Source: an uncultured Ruficoccus sp. (lineage in GTDB: Bacteria > Verrucomicrobiota > Verrucomicrobiia > Opitutales > Cerasicoccaceae). From it: a DNA stretch of 64,000 nt. The notes beneath the pieces were generated by a model, which worked only from the letters and a program-made list of their open reading frames with translations, was not told where the DNA came from and did not search any database. Shown in pieces: positions 10,278 through 21,502 of this stretch. The DNA is taken from NCBI GenBank assembly GCA_965140785.1, contig OZ223491.1, forward strand, positions 29,796-93,795. The letters run 5' to 3'. Every line of letters begins with the position of its first letter. Position 1 is the stretch's first letter. The position numbers were made by a program, and so were the translations under genes.

Positions 10278-10901
10278 ATGAGAAATCTCCACCCATCCGT
10301 CGCCCTCGCTCTGCTCATCGCTGTCGCTCCTCTCGCCAGCGCAGAGACCTTACTCATCGACGATTTCAGCGAGTACGCGACCACCGCCGACCTGCAAAAC
10401 AGCTGGAACTCATTCGGCAAAGCCGCCTCCTCGGGGCCGGCCACCCTCGCCCCCGGCAAAGGCACGTCGGGCACGCATGCCGCCCTCTTTCAGCTCAACT
10501 GGGATGCAGGGGACAATGCCAACATGCGCCGGATCGCGCTGCCCGAAGCCATGAAGGACCTGAGCAGTTACGGGACGGCCAAGATCACCGTGAAGCTCGC
10601 CGACGACGCGCAGGGCTACAGCCAGCCCAGCACCCCCACGGCACTGCGGATCGTGATCAAAGGCGGACCGGACGACAGCATCTGGCAGACCGACACGGAC
10701 ATCATGCCGATTATCGAGAGCGGCGATTATCACACCGTGGTCATTCCCCTCTCGGAGCAGAGCATGGTACGCGAGAGCGGCCAGAGTTCCCTCCAGCAGA
10801 CCCTGTCCCAGGTAACTGACCTGCGCCTGCGCTTTGAAAATGAACAGGCTCCCGGCGCACGCCAGGACGCCTATATCGATAGGTTGGTTCTCACTGAATG
10901 A
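10278..10901 (+). CDS. Secreted protein with probable carbohydrate-binding (CBM11/CIA30-like) fold
   Basis: Signal peptide ASA-ET, LIDDFSEY start and AYIDRLVL end. Confidence 0.5.
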   Translation: MRNLHPSVALALLIAVAPLASAETLLIDDFSEYATTADLQNSWNSFGKAASSGPATLAPGKGTSGTHAALFQLNWDAGDNANMRRIALPEAMKDLSSYGTAKITVKLADDAQGYSQPSTPTALRIVIKGGPDDSIWQTDTDIMPIIESGDYHTVVIPLSEQSMVRESGQSSLQQTLSQVTDLRLRFENEQAPGARQDAYIDRLVLTE

Positions 10902-11001
10902 GAAATTTTGCCACTGCGGGGGCCTGTTATCCAGCGGAACCTCTCGGCTCCCCTGACGGCGACAAACAAGCATCAACTCAACCGGATCGAAACCTTTACT
11001 C

Positions 11002-12948
11002 ATGCCAACTGCACTTAAGCCAGGCGCACCGCGAGCGCGGGCACGTCCATTCACCAAAAGCTGAAATTAGCCGGTTCGACAGAGGAAATTTGGCTACCGG
11101 GCTGGAGGAAATCGTAAAGGCGTTTCCCCAGCGCTTTGCTGCGGACGCGTCCGAATGTGAGGTTTATTTCTCTCCCCAATCCGCTGACAAACCGATGTTC
11201 AGCCTTGAGGTCGAGGACTCTCACTCTGTGCGTATCGCCTACTCGCAACCGGCGGGGGGCCTTCCGCGCACTGGCATACTCATGGGACAGGTCGAGTCCG
11301 GACGATCCCCTTCACCGGTGAGCCAGCAGAGCACTTTCCGCTCGATCGGGGCGATGCTCGACGTATCCCCGCAACGGAGTCCTCCGCATCGCCACTGTGC
11401 GCAAGCTCATCCGCCATTTCGCCCTCATGGGTATCAATCAACTGATGCTCTACATGGAGGACACCTACGAGATCCCCGGCGAACCGGCCTTCGGGTATTT
11501 CCGAGGGGGATACAGTCAGGAGGATTTACGGGGCATCGATCAGTACGCGGCCAGCTTCGGGATCGAGGTCGTTCCGTGTATCCAAACATTGGGACACCTG
11601 GAGCAGGTGCTTCAGTGGCCCAGCTACCATAATCTGAAGGACACCAACGGAGTTCTGCTGACCGGGGAAGAAGCCACCGACGCCTTCGTCGAGAAGATGA
11701 TCACGGCCGCATCCGCCCCCTTCCGCAGCAACCGTATTCATATCGGCATGGACGAGGCGCACGGCATCGGCTCCGGCATCTATCGCCTGAAAAACGGCCT
11801 CCGCCCGCCCTTCGAGATTCTCTGCGAACACCTTCAAAAAACCGTGGCCACCTGTGAGCGCCATGGGGTGGAGCCCATGATCTGGAGCGATATGTTTTTC
11901 CGGCTGGGCTCCAAGACCAATAACTACTACGATTACGAATCGCGGATCGACCCCGCCGTGGCCGAACAGATCCCGGAAAACGTAGAGCTGGTCTACTGGG
12001 ACTACTACCACACCGAAAGTGCATTCTATGAAGAATGGATCCGCCGCCACAAGCAGATGGGCAAGACGCCCATCTTCGCCGGTGGCATCTGGACTTGGAA
12101 CCGTTTCTGGGCGCAGCTCCCCCACTCCGCCGAGACGCTCCGCGCCGGCATGGCAGCTGCGCAGCGGGAAAAGCTGGAGGAGGCGCTCGTCACCATGTGG
12201 GGCGACGACGGCATGGAATGCGACATCTACTCCGCCTGCCGGCCATGCAGATCTTTGTGACCTGGCCTACGGGCAGACTGAAGCGTACGCCTCCTGTTCG
12301 CATGCGCTCAATTTCACCGGCAGCACGGACGGAACGTTTGACACCTGGTTTGCCGGCGGTGAATTGGATAAGGTGCCGACGGGAAGCACAGCCGACTACG
12401 AAGCCAATGCCTGCAAATGGATATTCTGGCATGACCCGCTGCTGGGGCATTTCGAGCGGCAGATCCGCCCGGAATACATCGAACATTTCAAACGCATCGC
12501 AAGTACGCTTGCGGATGCCCCACGCTCCCGGCGGGAAGACCACCGGCTGAATTTCATACACAAACTGGCGTCCACACTGGCCTTAAAGGGCGAGCTTCAC
12601 CTGACACTGCGCACGGCCTACCAGGAGCACAACCACTCGACCCTGCGCAAGATACACGGCTCAACTCTCGGGGAATTACGCGCAGCCGTCTCGCAACTGC
12701 GAACGATTCACGAAACCCGCTGGCATGAGAACTACCGGTGCTTTGGCTGGGATGTCATCGAGCGCCGCTACGCCGGACTGCTCTCACGCCTCGATACACT
12801 CCAGCGAAAGCTCGGTCTCTACCTGCAGGACTCCAGCCGCCGCATTGAGGAGTTGGAATGCCAGCCTCAGCCGCTCTGGCCCCCCGAACAAACCCAGACC
12901 CTGAGTATTTCGCACCGGCAGACCTCGACACCCACCTACCTGGCATAA
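11002..12948 (+). CDS. GH20 beta-N-acetylhexosaminidase, frameshifted in this sequence
   Basis: MLDVS(RN), LMLYMEDTY, PCIQTLGH, IHIGMDEAH, MIWSDMFF and YWDYY spread over three frames (ORFs 10898-11632, 11397-12260, 12019-12948). Start uncertain. Confidence 0.82.
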
Positions 12949-13126
12949 ACAAAAAGACAGCCCCCTGGCAGGACGGGCATCCTCGGAGCCTTGCTGACGC
13001 GAGCGGATTCCAGCGATCACGCTCAGATCCAACATCGTCTGGGACCCTGTTGAGTGGGTGCTTGCGGATACGGCTGGCGTGCCGAGATCAGGAAGGGTAT
13101 GGAACGATTAACCCAAGGCCGTAAGC

Positions 13127-13900
13127 TTAGGAGCGGCGCTTGCGCAGACGGCTCAGGAAAATCATCGCCAGGCCAGCGATACTGAGCCAGGCCATGGTGG
13201 AGGCTTCCGGATAACCGCCCCACTGTTCAGCACGACGTTGTCGATATAGATTTCTTGCGACAAGCCGCTGCTGTTGGTGGTAAAGCGGAAGGCGGTCATG
13301 TTGTCACCTGCCGCAAAGCCGGAGGGCACAGTATCGGTGTTGCCGTTGCTGGTGATGAGGAATACCGTCGATCCACATGTCGTAATGCATGCTGTTCAGA
13401 GTCGTATCCTGGTACGCCACATTGGCGGTGGAGGTATTAACCACCATCTGAAAGGTGTGCTTGGCGTTGAGGCTGTAACTACCGGGGCTACCGCTGTTCA
13501 GGGTCGCCTGGAAGAGATTACCGGCGCTGGAGGCGTTCAGCCCGAAACTGATCCGCCAGGGCGTGCCATCGACACCAGCAATTTCATAGAAATCAAAACT
13601 GAGCGTTGCCACCTGAAACTCCAGGCCACGCATGTCGGCGCGCGTGAGGTAGGTGGCGGATTCATCCAGCACCTTGAGTATCTGGTTGGAGGTGCCTTCG
13701 CCGAAGTAATCGCCGGTATCCAAGACCACTTCCACCGCCGCGTCAGACTCTGTCGGATTGGGAGTGACCGAGCCCCACGGAGCGGAGAGCGGCTGCCCGG
13801 GGGTGTAGGAGCTGAAGTCGTCGGAGAACAAGGGAGTTTGCGCGGAGAGCGTTGTCGCGCAGGCGAACAGGGAGACGAGGAATAGGCGAACTGTAGTCAT
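13127..13900 (-). CDS. PEP-CTERM-sorted surface protein, frameshifted near the 3' end
   Basis: Signal peptide; downstream frame gives EIYIDNVVL...PEASTMAWLSIAGLAMIFLSRLRKRRS-TAA (13127). Confidence 0.7.
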
Positions 13901-13978
13901 GATGCGTTATGAGTTGGGGGTTGTTTTTTAAAATAGGGATTATGCGGGCAAAGTCATGATTGACTCAACGGCCACCTG

Positions 13979-13994
13979 ACGCACATTGTTGCAC
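13979..13994. promoter_or_regulatory. Candidate operator ACGCACATTGTTGCAC, copy 1
   Basis: Exact reverse complement of 15042-15057; abuts the LacI-gene ATG at 13995. Confidence 0.55.
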
Positions 13995-15030
13995 ATGCGA
14001 GAACGCAAAGTAACGGTGCGCGATATCGCCCAGCAAGCAGGGGTGCACTATGCCACCGTTTCGCGAGCGTTGTCGGGGCACCCGAGCATCCCCGATCACA
14101 CCAAGGAGCGCATACGGACAATCGCCAAGCAGCTTGGCTACGTGCCGGATCCGATGCTCTCTGCGCTCGCGGCCTACCGGACGCGTCTGGGCCGCGGGCC
14201 TACCAGGGAAACCTGGCCTGGCTCACCAACGGTGAGACCCGGGACCAGTTGGAGCAGCATGAAATTTTTAATCTGTATCGCGAAGGCGCGAGCAGCCGGG
14301 CAGAAGAATTGGGGTACACCGTAGAAAACTTTTGGCTCAAGGAAGGAGGCATGAGCCTCGCTCGGGCCAGAAATGTACTCGCGGCCAGAAATATTCGGGC
14401 CTGCTCATCTGCCCCCAGCCGGAGGCAGGCTTGAGAATCGACCTGGACTGGTCGACATTTTCCGCCGTTACCTTTGGCTACACCCTGGGCTGGCCAAACC
14501 TGCACACCGTAGCCAGCCACACTTTTCGCACTCTGGTCTCGACCGTGGAGGAAGTCCGCGCCCGGGGATACCGGCGGCTGGGCTTTGTGTTATCGGAGGA
14601 GCGGGATATGCGCACCTTTCACATCTGGACAGGGGCTTTTCTGGCTTGCCAGCAGCAGTGGCCGCAAGCCGATCGTGTGCCCCGGCACTGCCCGAAAGTC
14701 ATCAATACAAAACCGCTGTTGCGCTGGGTGGAGCGGTATCGGCCCGAAGTTATCATCTCCTCCTTGCACGAGATCATCGACATCCTTGAGAGTAATGGCT
14801 ACCGCGTCCCCGATGACATCGGTTTCGCCTCCCCTTCTCTGATCTCGGGCCCCCGGAAGGTCAGCGGAATTGACGAGAACTCTTTCCACATGGGGGAAGC
14901 CGCCGTCGATATGCTGGTGGGCATGCTCCACCGGAATGAGCGGGGCATCCCGGCCACGCCCCACACCCTCATGATCAAGGGGACCTGGCGTCAGGGGGAC
15001 ACCCTGATTAGCAAGCCCCTGCCGCGGTAA
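13995..15030 (+). CDS. LacI-family transcriptional regulator, frameshifted in this sequence
   Basis: VTVRDIAQQAGVHYATVSRAL HTH, then a periplasmic-binding-like domain (GYRRLG, VPDDIG, AAVDML...RNERGIP) in other frames. Confidence 0.85.
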
Positions 15031-15041
15031 TCTCCCGGCGC

Positions 15042-15057
15042 GTGCAACAATGTGCGT
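15042..15057. promoter_or_regulatory. Candidate operator GTGCAACAATGTGCGT, copy 2 (inverted)
   Basis: Lies upstream of the 15135 operon; exact inverted copy of 13979-13994. Confidence 0.55.
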
Positions 15058-15134
15058 GGTGCTTCACTTGGCGGAACAGGGATCGATTACCATAGTGCTC
15101 CCAACAAACATCAACCCCTCCCGCCCCCATCCCC

Positions 15135-15661
15135 ATGCTTAAAGTATCCCGAATTATCTGCGCCCTGACCGTTATGCTGTGCGCCTGCAGCGGCGCCTCT
15201 GCCCAAAACGTAAACTACCCCGCCATGGACATTGAGTTTACCCCCGAAAACTCGCAGCCAGGGCAGGACATCCTGAAGATCAAGCAGCCCCAGAGCAGCA
15301 CGGGCGTGAGCAAGTGGAACACCGTCTCCGTACGTGTCCCCGGTCGCCTGGCCTATTCTCCGGATATCGTGGTCACGGGCAAAGCCAGCCTGGAAGCCCA
15401 GGAAGCACCGAACCACCTGGGGCTTATTCTCGTGTTGTCGGACGGCAAGCAGATGTTCGCCAAAGCTCCTCTCAAACCCGGCGCACCGACCAGTTTCTCG
15501 ATAAAACTGTCTGATTTCAAGGGATCGGACAGTCCGAAAAATCCGGAGCCTCCCACCCTCAAGATTTGATCAAGGCCATCCGCGTGTACGCCAGCTATTC
15601 ACCCCGCGAGGTGGAATCCACTTTCACCCTTGAGTCTTTTGAGCTCAAGGTCGGCAAGTAA
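15135..15661 (+). CDS. Secreted hypothetical protein, probable frameshift near 15565
   Basis: Signal peptide ASA-Q; a second frame continues IKAIRVYASY...ELKVGK-TAA. Confidence 0.5.
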
Positions 15662-15716
15662 TTCTACGGTACTGAACTCTATCGTTGCCGGAGGCGTTTT
15701 CTCCGGCTCTCTGACC

Positions 15717-18008
15717 ATGCCCACATTACTCACGAAACTGTTAATATTCACGCTGAGCGCCCTAGCCATGAACGGTCTCTTTGCCGACGACAGCCGCAAG
15801 TCACTCTTCGAGGGTGACTTCGTCCTCCACGAGGGACTGGATGGTATCCATCCCCGTCTTTATGCCGATGCCGCCGACCTTGATGAGGCCGCCCGCCGCT
15901 ATCAGCAGGACCCCGAGTGGTGCGCCGTCTACCTGCCCGATGCCAAAATGGATATGGAGCCGGCCCCGATCCCGCTGGCCCAAGGGGTAACCTCTCAGCG
16001 CAGTGCGATGATCATTGCCAAAGTGGCGGTTGCCTGGCGCATCACCGGCGAGGAGAAGTACCACCAACGTCTGCGTGAGTGGATACCGGTTCTGAATGAG
16101 TACCAGCCCCCGGTCATGCGATCGATCGGCGGCCACGAGGGCCTGACCGGCGGGCATATCCTGCTGGGCCTGTCCATCGCCTACGACATCGTCTATGATC
16201 AGGGGGACGAAGAACTGGAAAGCGCCCTGCGCGATGCGATTGTTCGCCAGGGAACGCAGACTTACAGTGACCTCGCGAAAATGCAGCACTACGCCTATGA
16301 GCAAAACCACCTTATCATTCCGGTTTGTGGCTTGGGCGTGGCGGCAATGACCCTGGTCGATGATTATCCCGAGGCCACCAAATGGGGCGTTTTTTCCAAT
16401 AACGTTATGCAACGCACGCTCGATGCCATCGCCTACGACGGCTGGTTCTTCGAGGGCTTTTCCTACTGGAACTACACCTTCCAATTCCCCGCCGCCTTTG
16501 GGGCTGCGCAAAAGCGCACCGTGGGGGGCGACGCTTTTCAGGCCAACTGCTTCCGCTATGCGCCCCTCTATCTGGCTCATATGACCCTGCCGGACCCGAA
16601 GTTTGTCTTCGACTTTGCCGACTGGGGACCGCGTACCGAGAAGGACGGAGTGGGCTTTCAATCCGGCTACGACTGGCCTTGGCACACGTTGCCGACCCGG
16701 GTCAAACTCATCGCTCCGAGCCTCTTGCTCCACGCCGACGGGGGCCCTCAGTTTCTGCGTGATTACCTCAGGCACATTACGCCCAAGTATGCGGAGATGA
16801 CGGGCATTTACACCATCGACGCTATCTTCGGCATGCTATTGCAGCTGCCCGTTCCCGAGAAGCAGGAGCCGATGAAGACCGCTTACGCGGACTACCCGCC
16901 CTACCATTTTTTCCCGGACATGGGCGTCATGCACTGGCGTCACAACTGGAGCGATCCCGACGCCACCGCCCTCGCCTTCAAGTCCGGCCCTCCTGCCGGC
17001 CACCACTTCAACGACCTGATCCTGGCCTCCCCGGAATGGCGACCGGCCCTGGGGCATGCGCATCCGGACGCCGGTTCGTTCCTGCTCTTCGCCCACGGTG
17101 TCTTTCTGGCAAACGATACCGGCTACACCGGGGCCAAGGAAAGCGCGGACCACAATACCATCCTCGTCGATGGGGTTGGGCAGCATCAGGGCGGGACGCC
17201 CTGGAGCACCTTTACTGCCAAGCCCTATGAGGAATACAACAAGATCCACATGGAGGATGTCTGGACCGGCCCGCGCGTAGCTGCCGCCACAGCGGTCTTC
17301 CCCGCCGCCTATGACGATGCCATGAAGCTGACCACGATGAACCGCCGCCTCCTCATGCTTGAGGGGCGCTTCATCGTCGTGCTCGACCAGATGGACTCGG
17401 AGCTGCCGCACACCTATGAGTGGCGGCTGCACACGGACCGCGAGCCCTCAGCCGGCGAGAACGGCCGCTATGTCATGACAAATCACCCAGGCCGCCTGAT
17501 CATTCAAAATCTTCAGCCGCAGGCAACGGCGGCCACCGCGCCGACCATCGTGGAAACGTCCGTCAGCACCCAATTCCAGCGTCCCCAGCAACGCGGTTTC
17601 CACCTCTCCCTGACGTCTCCCCGGCAAAAGCAGTTCGAGTTCCTCACCGCCCTGGGCATCCAGCGCACAAAGGAACAGCCGGGAGCATTTCAAGCGTCGA
17701 AGGGGCCGGGGTACCGGATTGATCTCAATGATGGCGAACGCTTCTGCTCGGTCTGGATGAAGACAGACCCCGGGCTCGAGGGTGACTACGCCTACAGCAT
17801 CCGCGACAAGGCGGGCAAACTCGTGGCCGTCGGGCTGTCCGGTTCGTGTTTATCCAGTGATGGGCTGACGGTTAAGCTGGATCAGCCCGGCCAGGTCACA
17901 CTGGTACGGGATGCGAACCAGCAGTGGCAGGTCGAGTCGAGCACGGGAGCGGCCACCACCGTCTCACTGCGGGACGCAGACATGCCCGCCGCTCAACTGA
18001 ACCTCTAA
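15717..18008 (+). CDS. Heparinase II/III-like polysaccharide lyase (DUF4962-type)
   Basis: Signal peptide; HPRLY, QNH, EGFSYWNY, GHAHPDAGSF, HNTILVDG and YEWRLH. Confidence 0.8.
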   Translation: MPTLLTKLLIFTLSALAMNGLFADDSRKSLFEGDFVLHEGLDGIHPRLYADAADLDEAARRYQQDPEWCAVYLPDAKMDMEPAPIPLAQGVTSQRSAMIIAKVAVAWRITGEEKYHQRLREWIPVLNEYQPPVMRSIGGHEGLTGGHILLGLSIAYDIVYDQGDEELESALRDAIVRQGTQTYSDLAKMQHYAYEQNHLIIPVCGLGVAAMTLVDDYPEATKWGVFSNNVMQRTLDAIAYDGWFFEGFSYWNYTFQFPAAFGAAQKRTVGGDAFQANCFRYAPLYLAHMTLPDPKFVFDFADWGPRTEKDGVGFQSGYDWPWHTLPTRVKLIAPSLLLHADGGPQFLRDYLRHITPKYAEMTGIYTIDAIFGMLLQLPVPEKQEPMKTAYADYPPYHFFPDMGVMHWRHNWSDPDATALAFKSGPPAGHHFNDLILASPEWRPALGHAHPDAGSFLLFAHGVFLANDTGYTGAKESADHNTILVDGVGQHQGGTPWSTFTAKPYEEYNKIHMEDVWTGPRVAAATAVFPAAYDDAMKLTTMNRRLLMLEGRFIVVLDQMDSELPHTYEWRLHTDREPSAGENGRYVMTNHPGRLIIQNLQPQATAATAPTIVETSVSTQFQRPQQRGFHLSLTSPRQKQFEFLTALGIQRTKEQPGAFQASKGPGYRIDLNDGERFCSVWMKTDPGLEGDYAYSIRDKAGKLVAVGLSGSCLSSDGLTVKLDQPGQVTLVRDANQQWQVESSTGAATTVSLRDADMPAAQLNL

Positions 18009-18027
18009 TCTCTCCGATAATCACGCG

Positions 18028-19410
18028 ATGAGCAGCCGCCCCAATGTTATTGTCGTCATGGCCGACGACATGGGTTTCGGCGACTTTGGTTGCTTTAGCC
18101 AAGGGCGTGTCCACACGCCCACGCTTGACCAACTGGCCGCCGAGGGTGTCTGCTGCGGACAGCATTATGCCGCTTCGGCTGTGTGCACCCCCTCGCGGGC
18201 GGGATTCCTGACCGGGCGCTACCCGCACCGCACCGGTGCCATCGACATGCGTGAAAGCCGGGGACTGGATCGTCTGGCCTTACGGGAGCGCACGCTGGCG
18301 GAGGCCTTCCAGGCGGCGGGTTACGTCACCGGACTGGTCGGCAAGTGGCACAACGGTGCCGTCGGGGCGGACTACCACCCTAACCGTCGCGGATTCGATG
18401 AGTTTACCGGGTTTCGCCACGGTCTCATGGACTACTACGAGTGGAATCTGGAGCGGAACGGTCAGACCCTGCGCCCCGATGGCCGTTACCTCACGGATTT
18501 GCTCACGGATGAGGCATGTGCTTTTCTCCAGCGGCATCGCCAGGAACCGTTCTTCCTCTATCTGGCTTATAATGCGCCTCATACGCCGCTGCAGGCCCCC
18601 GAGGAAGAGTTGAAGCCCTACCGCGAGTCCGGGCAATTCACGGACCAGCAAGCCCGGATTTATGCCATGATCACCCGCATGGATCGCGGGCTGGCCAGGC
18701 TGCTCGAAACCCTCCGGCAGACAGGTCTGGAGGACAACACCTTACTGGTCTTCACCAGTGACAATGGCCCCAATCTCGACCACGGCATGGAGCGTTTCAA
18801 TGCCCACCTGCGCGAGGGCAAAATGCACGTCTACGAAGGCGGAATCCGCCTGCCGCTGGTTGTGCGCTGGCCCGATGGCATGCACCGCCGGGGAGACTAC
18901 ACAGGCCTGATCCACTCCTGCGACCTGCTGCCGACGCTGCTCTCGGCCTGCGGGATCGAGGAGCGCCCGCCGCTGCCGCTGGACGGCCACGATGTCTGGA
19001 GCGCCTTGCGCGATAACACCCCTACCCGACAGCCCGCGCGCTTCTGGCAGTGGAACCGCTACGCGCCCGAGCTCACCTGCAACGCCGCCGTCCGCGACGG
19101 CGACTGGAAACTGGTACGCCCGGTAATTCCCGAAGCCATGGAGACCGATCCGCAGGAGATGGCGATCGACCGACGCCTGCTGGATGCCCCGGAAAGCTTT
19201 GACCCCTTTTGGCTGACAGCGGGATTTCCAGAGCGGACACTTTCCGCGCCAAGCCGTCCAGAACTCTATAACCTCGCCCAGGACCCCGGCGAACAGCAAA
19301 ACCTGGCCGCCACCTACCCCGATCGCCTCTCTCGCCTGCTCCGCTCGTTGGAAAACTGGTTCGACGAAGTTGAGGCGGAGCGCCGTGCCCTCCCGCGATC
19401 GTCCGCATGA
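18028..19410 (+). CDS. Formylglycine-dependent (S1) sulfatase
   Basis: PNVIVVMADDMG, CTPSRAGFLTGRY, GKWHNG and SDNG. Confidence 0.92.
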   Translation: MSSRPNVIVVMADDMGFGDFGCFSQGRVHTPTLDQLAAEGVCCGQHYAASAVCTPSRAGFLTGRYPHRTGAIDMRESRGLDRLALRERTLAEAFQAAGYVTGLVGKWHNGAVGADYHPNRRGFDEFTGFRHGLMDYYEWNLERNGQTLRPDGRYLTDLLTDEACAFLQRHRQEPFFLYLAYNAPHTPLQAPEEELKPYRESGQFTDQQARIYAMITRMDRGLARLLETLRQTGLEDNTLLVFTSDNGPNLDHGMERFNAHLREGKMHVYEGGIRLPLVVRWPDGMHRRGDYTGLIHSCDLLPTLLSACGIEERPPLPLDGHDVWSALRDNTPTRQPARFWQWNRYAPELTCNAAVRDGDWKLVRPVIPEAMETDPQEMAIDRRLLDAPESFDPFWLTAGFPERTLSAPSRPELYNLAQDPGEQQNLAATYPDRLSRLLRSLENWFDEVEAERRALPRSSA

Positions 19411-19483
19411 AACCCGACGCAACAATGTGCACCCAGCTCGCATTGCCGATCCCCAGATTGATTACTCTAATCCCAGTACTGAA

Positions 19484-20152
19484 ATGAGAACTACCCCCAA
19501 AGGTTTCAGCCTGATCGAGTTACTGATCGTCATCGCTATCATCGCGGTGTTGGCCGGGATCACCACGGCCGGCTTCCAGCGTGTGCGTATGATGAGCGAC
19601 CGAACGGCAGCCACGGCAAATCTGCGCGCCATCGGAATAGCCATGCAAAACTATGCCAACGATCACAAGGGCAGCCTGCCCGGCCCTCTGAACTACGGCC
19701 AGTCGCCGCGCTACCGACGCATCACCGATAAGCAATTGGCGAATTTCCTCTGGAGCTACCTCGATGGCGAGGAACCCATCACCAATACCTGGCTCGAACT
19801 GAAGGCTATGACCAGCCCGGCCTATCTGCGCGAAAGAGACGCGCCCGACGTTGTCATCTATCTGGCCCAGCGAAACATTCACATCGCTGGTCAGGGCGGA
19901 GTGCCGCCCTTCGGCTATGTCCCCCAGTCTGGTCCGATCTCTAAATATGAGCCTCTGACTCTCCAGCAGATTGGCCAATACGATCTTCGGGGCGAGTGGG
20001 CCTTGCAGGAGGTAGACCAACAGCATCCGGATGTGAAGAACTGGAACACGAGTACTTACCTGCCTGAGCCCATCCATGGCGACGTGCGGATGACACTCTA
20101 CTTCGACTGGAGCGTCGGAGCTGTGCCTGTAACAGTGGAGAGCAGCTCGTGA
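19484..20152 (+). CDS. Prepilin-type N-terminal cleavage/methylation protein (H-X9-DW variant)
   Basis: KGFSLIELLIVIAIIAVLAG...ANLRAIG; C-terminal HGDVRMTLYFDWSV. Confidence 0.82.
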   Translation: MRTTPKGFSLIELLIVIAIIAVLAGITTAGFQRVRMMSDRTAATANLRAIGIAMQNYANDHKGSLPGPLNYGQSPRYRRITDKQLANFLWSYLDGEEPITNTWLELKAMTSPAYLRERDAPDVVIYLAQRNIHIAGQGGVPPFGYVPQSGPISKYEPLTLQQIGQYDLRGEWALQEVDQQHPDVKNWNTSTYLPEPIHGDVRMTLYFDWSVGAVPVTVESSS

Positions 20153-21216
20153 GCATGACAAAAGGATCCCTACACGCGCTTGAGCAACAGCCGGAGTCCC
20201 CTTCGACCGCCGTCCGGAGGATCCTGGTCGCCCTCAATCAGCGAGAACGCGAGTTCTTTCTGCCTGATGGTCTGGATGCCATCCAGAGGGATAACCCGTG
20301 CCACTGGTATCGCACAGATACAAATAAGCCCGAAGAATGGGACGATCTCGTGCGTACTTACAACCCCCATGTGATCCTGTCCTGCTGGTCCACACCCGCC
20401 ATACCGCTGGACTATCTGGAGGCCCCGGATCGCTGCCTGAGCTACATCTGCAATGTAACGGGCTCGGTGCGCCTGGTAGCTCCCCGCCGTTTTCTCGAGT
20501 TGGGAGGATTAGTCAGCAACTGGGGGGACCTGGCCGGTCCGCAAGTGGCCGAGCACGCCTTGCTGCTGGCCCTGGGCGCTCTCCGGGGTATTGGGGCCTG
20601 GCGCTCATATATCGAGCAGGTTGACGGCTCGCTGCAGTACCAGGCGGCTGACCTGATGACGGAGTCTCTCTATGGCCGCAGTATCGGTCTGCACGGGTTT
20701 GGCCGTATCGCCCGCGCTTTGCTCAGGTTGCTCAAACCCTTTGATGTGCATGTGCGCGCCTACTCCGCCCGCGTCCCGGAAAGCTACATGCGCGAGTTCG
20801 GGGTTGAGCCTTGCGGCAGCCTGGAAGAGCTTTTCAGCCAAAGCCAAGTCCTCTTCGAGTGCGAGGCGCTCACCCCCGAGTCTGTACGGAGCGTGACCGG
20901 CGACGTCCTGGCCCGGCTGCCGGACGGTGCAGTCTTCGTCAATATTGGCCGGGGCGCAGTGGTGGACGAAGCCGCCCTCGTGGCCGAGGCCGGGCGTCTG
21001 CGCCTGGCCGTGGATGTGGCCACCAAAGAGCCCATAGGCGCCGATTCGCCCCTTTTCAATCAACCCAAAATCCTGCTCTCACCGCACATCGGAGGGCCGA
21101 CCTTTGACCGCTACCGGGCCTGCGGCGAATTTGCCTTGGCGAACTTACAGGCCTTTCTGGAGGGTCGTCCGCTCAAGGCCTTGCTATCGCTCAATGACTA
21201 CGATCGCTCGACCTGA
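20149..21216 (+). CDS. D-isomer-specific 2-hydroxyacid dehydrogenase family protein
   Basis: GLHGFGRIAR, FVNIGRGAVVDE, DVATKEP and SPHIGG. Confidence 0.88.
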   Translation: MSMTKGSLHALEQQPESPSTAVRRILVALNQREREFFLPDGLDAIQRDNPCHWYRTDTNKPEEWDDLVRTYNPHVILSCWSTPAIPLDYLEAPDRCLSYICNVTGSVRLVAPRRFLELGGLVSNWGDLAGPQVAEHALLLALGALRGIGAWRSYIEQVDGSLQYQAADLMTESLYGRSIGLHGFGRIARALLRLLKPFDVHVRAYSARVPESYMREFGVEPCGSLEELFSQSQVLFECEALTPESVRSVTGDVLARLPDGAVFVNIGRGAVVDEAALVAEAGRLRLAVDVATKEPIGADSPLFNQPKILLSPHIGGPTFDRYRACGEFALANLQAFLEGRPLKALLSLNDYDRST

Positions 21217-21502
21217 GCGGTTGTTGGGCGGTCTTACCCCAACGAAGGATACCCCTCCGCCTGCTATAGCCATGCCCCACCCCTTACCTTTTTATCATAT
21301 CGTCATCGGTTGTTATCTCGCCCTGATGGGGAGTGACGCTTCTGGTCGGCGGCCTGCGCCGGGTTCACTTTGGCGGGAGCGGAGGCTTTTTCATCGCCGC
21401 CCGGCAGGGCAGCCTGACCGGCTAGTTTCGCTTTATCCATTCCGACGAAGAATATGCGGCGGGCTCTGACAGTAAACAAGCTCTGCATGGAAGTTCTCCC
21501 TG

